Assembly (NCBI GenBank): GCA_951406725.2
Contig: OX597823.1
Coordinates: 93,000,001-93,064,000, forward strand
Direction: 5' to 3'
DNA from: Octopus vulgaris
Lineage: Eukaryota
DNA: 64,000 nt
This document shows, one piece after another, positions 54,728 to 64,000 of this stretch; position 1 is the stretch's first letter; every line of letters begins with the position of its first letter. Under the pieces are notes generated by a model. That model did not search any database. It saw only the letters and a list, made by a program, of their open reading frames with translations, and was not told the origin of the DNA. A program made the translations under genes and the position numbers.

Positions 54728-55225
54728 CAACGATCAACAACTGCAAGGAGTATATAGTGCTTTGAAATCCCGTCAATCGAAGACGCGCACTCCTACAGCA
54801 TGACAATACCCCAGCACACACTGCCAATGTGACCAAAGGAGAAATTGAGGGAGTTCAGGAGCTGGAAGTGTTGCCCCACCCTGCTTAGAATCCCAGACCT
54901 TGTACTATCAGATTATCCCCTTTTCCTAACCGCACTTCATTTCCTGTAACCAACGGTGGTTTCAAAGATATGCATAGGGTGGAAAATGGGCGAAGGGGGT
55001 TTTTTCGCCTCTAAACAAGCCAAATGGTCGACTTTGCCTTTCATCCTTTCGGGGTCGATTAAATAAGTACCAGTTACGCACTGGGGGCGATATAATCTAG
55101 TTAATCCGTTTGTCTGTCCTTGTTTGTCCTCTCCGTGTTTAGCCCTTTGTGGGTAGTAAAGAAATATGTATTAGCGAGCAATTGAGCTATAGGCAAAACG
55201 ATGGCAACAAACAGTAGAAAAATTT
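54728..55225 (+). mobile_element. mariner transposase relic interrupted by a SINE (about 55027-55166)
   Basis: VNRRRALLQHDNTPAHTANVTK...EVLPHPA*NPDL..SDYPLF, resuming after the SINE as AKRWQQTVE. Confidence 0.85.
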
Positions 55226-55759
55226 GTATTATATGTAGTTTCTTTGAACTATGAATTAAAGCTTGAAATAGCGAAAAAGCTTCTCAATGAAACCAGTAAG
55301 TTCGAAATTACAAGCATTACCTGTGTTACATCACTGATTAATATACCAAGGTTACTACACCTTTCTAGTTAAAATATATAGAATAAATCATTTAGATGGC
55401 ATACTTTAGAATAAGATTCATCTTAATAATTCCCAAAGAGAAATTATGATTTACAATTTATGCCTTATCATGGCGACAATGTAGATGAGAGATTCTGTTA
55501 TCTCAAGTGAATAGAGTAGGATCATTGAAGTCGATAACAATAGACAACATCCTTGGCAACATATTGGCTTCGTGTCAAGGAAACATCAACAAAGAAATAA
55601 CAGGAAAGAATATAAAAATACAGTGAATAGAATCTGCTTCCGTTCTGTTTAACATAATATATTCGTTTATTAGCCTTCCCGGTAGTTTATTTCTCCTCAT
55701 TAGAACATTTTTGATTGTTTGTTTATTTTCCCTTTTTTTTTCTTATCCGTCGCGTCTGC

Positions 55760-56080
55760 TATTTAAGGGCTATGGATACATACACACATAAATACGTACA
55801 TAAATACGTGCATACACACATATATACATACGTACATACATACATACTACATACATACATTCACACACACACATATATATATGTATTCAAGTATACATAT
55901 ATATTTATATACTTAAATACATACATACATATATATATATATATATGTATATTTGAATATATATATATATACACACATTTACAGATGCACACGTATATAT
56001 ATATATATATATATGTATGTATATATATATATACATATGCATATATGTATACATATATATATTTATATACACACCGAATT

Positions 56081-56151
<71 letters not shown>

Positions 56152-57139
56152 ACATATCCATATACATATATATACACATTCATATACACATCATTAAGTG
56201 CACACACATATATAATACACCACACACACACACACCACGCGCACACAAATATCAATGCAGTTGCCTGTATGTAAATTTACGCTTTTACCTCTTTATGCGA
56301 TTATTTGCGTATGCTCTTCGGCAAACGTCTCTTTTCTCTGTGTGTCTGTCTGTTCGCCTATCAAATTATTCTGTGTCCATATGTACCACCATATGCCTAT
56401 GTGTGTGTGTGTGTAACTGTTTGCGTCAGTGTTCGTGTTTATGTAATAAGAAATAGAAAGCATGAAACTGAAGCTTTATCAAATTAACGTATCTCCCGCT
56501 GTGAAGAGGTCGATAGATCGTCTTCAGTTATTGTCTGCCAATATGTCAGGAACTCAATGAATCTGTCGAAGATTTCATGCAAGAGTAACAATGGTGTTTA
56601 TGGTCAGAACGAATCATTGATCTGTAAATTATTAATTTACTGAAAAGATTGTCTTCGTAATCTCACTTGTCTTTGAAGAAACGATTCCTAAACTGATAAT
56701 AACATTCCTGAAAGCATGCAGTGGAACTGATGACGAGCGATGATGGGAATAAGATAGACTGAGAGGCTGAGAGAGGAAGAAGAAGGAGAAAGAGAGGAAT
56801 AAAGAGGGAAAGGAGAAGGAAGAGAGTGAGGGAATGGGAGAGACGTAAATTGATTTATAAATGCATTAGGGGAGGAATATACGATACACACACACACGTA
56901 TGTGTGTGTGTATGTGCATGTATGCACACATATATATATGTATGTATATATAATATGTATATGTTTATATGCATATGTGTGTATGCATACATATATGTTT
57001 ATATTTGTGTATATGTGTGTATTTAGTCGTAAATGTTTGTACATTTATGTGTATAATATACACGTACGCTTACTTTGCACACATACATTTACACACCCAT
57101 ACAAGTGTTAGGCACACATATTTACATACATACATACAT

Positions 57140-57221
<82 letters not shown>

Positions 57222-57330
57222 CGTATGCACAGATATGTATGTACATATATATATATATATGTGTGTACATAAATATGCATAGATGTGTATGCATTTATGT
57301 ATGTATGTAGGTATGTATGTATATAGAAAA
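55760..57330. repeat. Compound (TA)n/(CA)n microsatellite region with short unique spacer
   Basis: Direct reading. Confidence 0.85.
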
Positions 57331-58062
57331 TTATTGATAGAGGCGGGTGGGGTAAAAGATTGAGGGGAGATTATGGAATGTAACTGTAATAGAGCTATTA
57401 CATTTGAACGAAAAATTCTCTTTATTTCTCTCCTGAAAGCAACCAAACTCTGTAGTTTTATAGCAAAAACAGACATCAGAAACAGCTCTTCCTTGCCAAC
57501 ATGTTGATGGTATTAAGATTTACACAGAGATACTGCTATCATCGTAATCATACATTGATATATTTCGGTAACAGCTTTCATTAACGCATGTCTGGTTAAT
57601 TTCATTACAGTAAAATCTGTTAACTAATTTTTATGTATACGTTTATTGATTTTCGCATATATCCTAATAACTGTCTCCGTTAATAGAGGCAAGGAATCAA
57701 AGAAATTTTGCATACTAATGCAATTTAACTTTCCAATTGCTGCTGTGGTCGATTTCTACATGAGCGCTTAGAAAGCGTGCTAGTTATGACTGATAATAGT
57801 TTAACAGCGTAAATACTGCATGGGAATCACAGCAAAGCGCCCTCACTTCGATTTCTGGAGTAAATGTCTAGTGTCATGCATAAGAATTCTAGGATTACGA
57901 GTACTTGTCTGAATGGCATTAGGCGCATTGGAAAGATTTTATAGTGACAACAGGAAGGATAGAATAATCATCATTTATGCTTCAGGAATGAAAGAGGACG
58001 AAAATGATTTGGTGTAGGAGGCAACAGACTAAATCACCATAACGACTTTACAAACGCATTAA

Positions 58063-59200
58063 TTAAACTGTTGGAAGGCGGGTACCTGGCAGAAGTGTTA
58101 GTACGCCGGACGAAATGCTGAGCGGTATTTCGTCTGCCGCTACGTTGTGAGTTCAAATTCTGCCGAGGTCGACTTTGCCTTTCTTCCTTTCGGGGTCGAT
58201 TAAATAAGTACCAGTTACGCACTGGGGTCTATATAATCGACTTAATCCGTCTGTCTGTACTTGTTCGTCTCCTCTGTGTTTAGTCCCTTGTGGGTAGTAA
58301 AGAAATAGGCATTTCGTCTGGCGTTACGTTCTGAGTTCAAATTCCGCTGAGGTCGACTTTGCCTTTCATCCTTTCGGGGTCGATTAAATAAGTACCAGTT
58401 ACGGACTGGGGTCGATATAATCGACTTAATCCGATTGTCTGTCCTTGTTTGTCCTCTGTGTGTTCAGCTCCTTGTGGGTAGTAAAGAAATAGGTGTTTGG
58501 CCTATCGCTACGTCTTCAGTTCAAATTCCGCCGAGGTCGACTTTTCCTTTCATCATTTCAGGGTCGATAAATAAAGAACCAGTGAAACCCTGGGATCGGT
58601 GTAATCGACTAGACCCCTCTCCCAAATTTCAGGCCTTGTGCTTATAGTAGGAAAAAATTATTTAAAATGTTGGAAGGCGGCGAGATGGCAGAATCGTTAG
58701 CACGCCGAGCGAGTTACTTAGCGATATTTCGCCCGTCGCTACGTTCTGAGTTCAAATTCCGTCGAGGTCGACTTTGCCTTTGGTCCTTTCGGTTCGATGA
58801 ATTAAGTACCAGTGAAATACTGTGGTCGATTTCATCGACTGGCCCCTTCCCCCGAACTTCCATGACTTGTACATATTTTACAATAGATTGTTTAAACTGT
58901 TGGAATCGGCGAGTTGGCAGAATCGCTAACAAGACTGGCAAAACGCTCATCGGTATTTCGATTGTCTTTACTTCCTGAGATCAAGGTGTCTGTGCCTTTC
59001 ATCCTGTTGGGTTCTATAAAATTTCAGGCCCCGATGATAGAAAGTTATTGAGTCGATCAAAATGCTTAGCAACATTTCTTGAGGTTCATTCCGTTCTGGG
59101 TTCACACTCCGCCACGATCGACCTTGCATTTCATCCTTTCGGAGTTGACAAATTAAGAACCAGTTGAACACTGGTGTCATTGTAATGGACTTCTCCTTTC
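58063..59200 (+). repeat. Tandem array of about six SINE units (16236-type)
   Basis: Repeated gagttcaaattccgccgaggtcgactttgcctttcatcc-like blocks at about 58150, 58335, 58520, 58750, 58980 and 59100. Confidence 0.85.
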
Positions 59201-59479
59201 CTTAATACTTGAAACTATTATTTAAATGCGTAGAGGTTTAAATAATAGTTTCTTTTATGCAGGAGGAAATAGTGAGACAAAGCTGCGGCGAAAGAGTCAG
59301 CAGAAGTTCGCCGTTACCTTCATTTTATATATATATATATACCGTCATATATATATATATATATTGGCCTACTCGCTTAGCCAGCGGGGTGGCATCATTT
59401 GAAGGTTAAAACTATTCGCAGCGCATTGTGACCGGCGATGCGTAGCAAGAATCTGATAGCCTGGTCGGTCACAGTGACG

Positions 59480-59554
<75 letters not shown>

Positions 59555-61577
59555 ATATATACAGACATACATTTATATATATATTTATAGCTATATAGAG
59601 ATTTATTGTTCGCATGCATACGAGCAAAAATTATAAGGGGATCGGATCTTCTATGAATTATCAAGGAAAACAGAAGATGCAGAGGATCAAATTCCTCACA
59701 CGCAACGTGAGTTTGTAGGTTCCATCGAGCTAGTTTTATTCCTTTTTGTGTATTGGAGTCGCATCTGATGAACCACAAGAGAGATCTGATTATGGTGTGT
59801 CTCTGAAGAATTTCCTTTTCAACTGCTTAGGTTGTGTAAGCTTCAAAATTATTCTTAATTTTTCAGTGCACTCCATGTTTTTGTGATGCAAATTGATACA
59901 CGCTTCCCTGAATTAGATATCAACCCGAAGACAAGTAAATCGCTCGACTGTCTTCAGCGTCGTTGCAATCAGGGAGTTGATTTAGCCGCTCCAATAAAAG
60001 CAGTTATACCCATAAAGAACTTAAAAGAAGGTTAATGTGACATAGTCTGCCGCACTCAAACGTCTCTATGATTTATTCATTCTGTCAAATAATTATGAAT
60101 GCTAATTATTGTAAATCAATCTTGGACAACTTCATTCTGTTTATTTCGTTAAAAATTCAGTCCCGGCTATCAATTGTATCTATTACTTCCGTTGATATTC
60201 ATAACTGCAATTTTCAAACAAGTGTAACTCGTTTTACTGTTTCACATTAATGATCAGAAAACTTAACACTACTTCTAAAACCATCACGCATATAGGGACT
60301 GTGAATGCAGTGTAATTACAGAGGTCAAATGGCTACCTCATACCCAAGGCCGTTTTGTATCATCACAACTTTAAAATTCGTCCTTATTTTGTCACATTTC
60401 AGTAGGTATACCATCTGCTCACTTGGATATACTCGACCGGTTCCTTCTTTTATTTCAGTTTTGCAACCTTTGTCAAATCGACGTAACATCACTCTTAGCG
60501 TTTTCTATCTCTAATACCAAAGGAACTAATCTGATGAACTTCCTCTCTTAGTTCCAGACTATTTAGCACAATTTCGCCAGACACGAAACTCACAGCGTTA
60601 TTCATCCAAATGCTTTTGTGCTTCCACGAATAAGGAAGTATTTCTATGGTCGTATATTTTTACCTCAAACTGCCAAACATTGGAACTCTCTTCCATCTCA
60701 TTGTGTTTCTGCTTCTTATGGTCTGAACACTCTCAATTCTAAAGTAAGTTCATTCTTCTCGTCTTGATTTTTCCTACTTCATTTTCCCTTATCCTTGTAC
60801 GAGACTTCCTTATATAAAAAAATTTAATTGTTTGTCAGAATTCATTTCACATTTATTTCCCATATAAATATTTCGAACTGACATAATGATAAAGAGTTAA
60901 TTCTCTTCAGGTTTAACACGTAATTCTTTCAACAAAGAGAGATCGCTTACGTATACATGTGGTTAATATTCAACGATGTTAATAAAACAATACCACTCAG
61001 ATAAACATACAGATATAGCCGTGAACGATATATAACATTATTTGACGTTTATTTTATTTCATATATTATTCTCCGGTTGGTGGCATTCCATCAAATTTTG
61101 CAATGACATCGTATGGTTAATCTTAGTAAAACCACGAATAAACATACGCACATATGCATATATAATTAGATTTATATAAGAATTTATTGTTCCCATAACT
61201 GCGAGCAAAATAAAAGGGGATCGGATCGTTTATGAATTACTAAGGGAAATAGTGAATAGCGATAATCATAGGTTTTATTGTATTTGAAACCATATAAGCA
61301 TTGTAAATGAAACATAGTTTTCACTAGAACTGAAAGACTTACATCGAAAGATTTACGTTGTGTTTTCATGCTTTATCTCGCTGCAAGCCTCATATTCTAT
61401 AGAAAAGCAAGTGACAATTATATGTTGAAATTTCATGTTGTCACGAATGTTATAAAATTTGGTTAAGTAATTATGGATTATACCTAGGAAAGAACCTCCG
61501 GAACATAGATGTTATTAGTATACAAACACACACACACACACACACGCATATATATATATATATATATATATATAACG

Positions 61578-61823
61578 AAAGAAAACAGAAAATGGAGAAG
61601 TACTGATTAACCCCAATTGACTTACATCAAATATATTTATTAATTAAATGCAAATAGACTGCATCCCATCTAACAGCTATTTCTGCATCCAATGTTATAT
61701 GGTACTGCCATTGACATTCAAAATATTTTTACATGGGGTGGAGTCTATTTTCATTGAAATAATAGATAATAATTGATGCTAGACAATTGTGTTAATCAGT
61801 ATTTCTACATTTCCTGTTTTTTT
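61578..61823. mobile_element. Fold-back element next to (TA)n with partial HHR 3' half
   Basis: aaaacagaaaatggagaagtactgattaaccccaattg / caattgtgttaatcagtatttctacatttcctgtttt. Loop minus strand GAAAT agct GTT at about 61672-61684. Confidence 0.6.
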
Positions 61824-61992
61824 AAATATTGATTCTTGATAATCCTATGTATATTTTTGTCTTGACTTATAACTTATATGAACATAATATGTTTGCAATG
61901 TATGTCCATGGTTAATTATTAGTAATATAGCGGTAGTGTAATGGATACTTCTATTCCTTAGACGGTTATTTTTTAACCTCTAACTCAACTAG

Positions 61993-62054
<62 letters not shown>

Positions 62055-62713
62055 ACATATGCGTGTATATATGTATGGTTATCTGAATAGTATTGGAAAA
62101 TTTTGTCAAGATCGTTTCCCTGTAATAAAGGGAAATCTTTCTGAACTCTTTTTATGGATGAACAACTATTTATCTTTTTTTCCAAACACCCACTGGCTAA
62201 CACCTATAAGGAAAGTATCTACAGGTGTTTACATCGAAAAAAAAACTTTCAGCTATTTCAGGTAATATCTGCCCCTTGATTTTCTATTTGTTTATACATC
62301 CATTCCTCCTTTAATTCTCTTTCTCTCTTCCCTTTCGCTTTCTCTTGTCCTAAGACGTCAAATTTGTTAACGCTATTTTAAAATTACTAGCGTTCCCTAT
62401 CCACCTTTGTTTTCCAAATATATATATTATATATTGTATATTGTAGTTTTTTACATTTGTAACAATGTCCTATTGATGAGCACTGTTGTTTATAATCTCC
62501 ACTATGATGACATTGATGCATTTTCCCACACTATTCTTCCTCTCGGTTTTATTTTAATGCATCAATCAAAATATATGTAAGTGATATGTTGGTATGAATG
62601 ATTTAAATAATATCTTGAGCGCTGTTTAATGTCCACCTTTTCTGTATTCTGCCTTCTCAGCTTCACCGCGTATCGTCTATTTATTCAAATTTTTAGTTCA
62701 TTATATGTGATTT

Positions 62714-62763
62714 GCGCCTGAAGAATATGTTTGAGTCATCTCAAAATATGAAACTATTAGCGC
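62714..62763 (+). ncRNA. Minimal type I HHR with one substitution near the cleavage site
   Basis: gcgc CTGAAGA atat-g-tttgag-tcat-ctcaaa-atat GAAAC ta TTA gcgc. Changing TTA to GTA restores the palindrome ACTAGT. Confidence 0.75.
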
Positions 62764-62885
62764 TTTAATACATGTAAATAATAATATTTATCTCTCACCA
62801 CATGGAGTACTGTTTTGTATATATATATATATATATATATACGAAGAGGGAAGAAAAAGGATGATCCAATTATCTTATACACTTC

Positions 62886-62980
62886 ATTAGCTTACAGTTG
62901 TTTCCACAATAAGGTGAGGTGGGATAACAGGAAAGTGCCCGACTAAAACCTTACAGTTTCATCAGACAGGGAGTGCTATT
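62886..62980 (-). ncRNA. HHR with intact core and long loop II; stem I weak
   Basis: Minus strand: CTGATGA a actgtaagg...ccttattgt g GAAAC aact GTA. Confidence 0.65.
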
Positions 62981-63196
62981 TATTCCAAACAACAAATACA
63001 ATTAATTATACGCGTAAGAAGGCATTGCCAATGACAAATCAAATACATGTGGAAGAAACGACAGGTGTTAACTCCTACAATTAAAATAAAATGAATTCTA
63101 TGACGTGTATAACGGAAAGTAGAGTAAGAGTACCTAAATATATCAGAATATATGTATACACTCACATATAATATACACGAATATAGAGAGATAGAT

Positions 63197-63259
<63 letters not shown>

Positions 63260-63264
<5 letters not shown>

Positions 63265-63446
63265 GAATGGAGTTAAACGAAGGTGTTATTCAAATTCTTT
63301 TACTTTCGACATAGGTTGCGCAGAAAACATCGGTATTATTCCAGAAGGAATAAATTGGTGTAAAACAGTGCAATCTTCTCATCAGGGAAAGAAATAAACC
63401 AAACACATCAATAAGTCATTTTAACAGAATGTGATAACTGCGTATA
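63260..63446 (-). mobile_element. Second copy of the 53415 module (HHR 63304-63390)
   Basis: Minus strand: tttcc CTGATGA gaagat...GCAAC ctat GTC gaaa. Abuts (TA)n. Confidence 0.7.
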
Positions 63447-63669
63447 TGATGAAGGGAACACTATCAATTTTTTTAATACTGTTAGTAGATATAGCGTCAA
63501 AGGTAGCATATAGAAAGAGGAAGATGAGAAATTAGCAGAAAATTAATAATGGAGCGATAGGTGAATAGGAATAAAGCATAAAGATTTGAAAATAGATATA
63601 TTTAGTGGAAGTACAAAGAAGACATTCAAAGTTTGAATTTTATAGAATGGTAGAAATCACTTTTATATA

Positions 63670-63728
<59 letters not shown>

Positions 63729-64000
63729 TTTATATGTATGTTTATGTTTGTGTGTTAGTGTTTGTCTCCCCGGTATCACTTTACAACAGATATTGGTGTG
63801 GTTATGTCACCGTAATTTAGTGGTTCGGTAAGTCAGATCGATTGAATGAGAACTAGGCTTACAAAGAATATATCCTGTAGTCGATTTGCTCGACTAAATG
63901 TGCTGCTCCGTCATGGCTACAGTTACCTGACCGAGAAAATTAAAGTAAATAAAATAAAATACGTTTATGTGTGTGCATGTGTGTGTGTGTATGTATGCAT

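Noticed and set aside
56490-56640. Possible exon in unique spacer
   Set aside because: Short open frames on both strands with no recognisable product or convincing splice pair.
58063-59200. CRISPR-like repeat array
   Set aside because: Units are about 200-bp SINEs without unique spacers, in eukaryotic context with no cas genes.

Overview
AT-rich, microsatellite-saturated animal DNA. The SINE repertoire, (TA)n/(CA)n/(GATA)n density and element mix suggest an octopus or other cephalopod intergenic or intronic region (inference). No intact host gene is supportable, and most ORF-track entries are dinucleotide-repeat artefacts. The window is mostly decayed transposons: tRNA-derived SINEs, a near-complete Penelope-like element (PLE; RT plus GIY-YIG), a second PLE endonuclease fragment, HERO-like, RTE-like and other LINE relics, mariner/Tc1 relics and MITEs, a Helitron RepHel relic and short non-autonomous Helitrons. 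The most striking signal is about 16 minimal type-I hammerhead ribozyme (HHR) motifs from several families. One, at 6205-6263, has a full core and extended stem I. Most lie in short non-coding modules next to (TA)n tracts, several as fold-back structures, and one is in the PLE 3' end. This suggests a high-copy, microsatellite-associated population of non-autonomous ribozyme retroelements. All alignments and foldings were done by eye, so boundaries are approximate.
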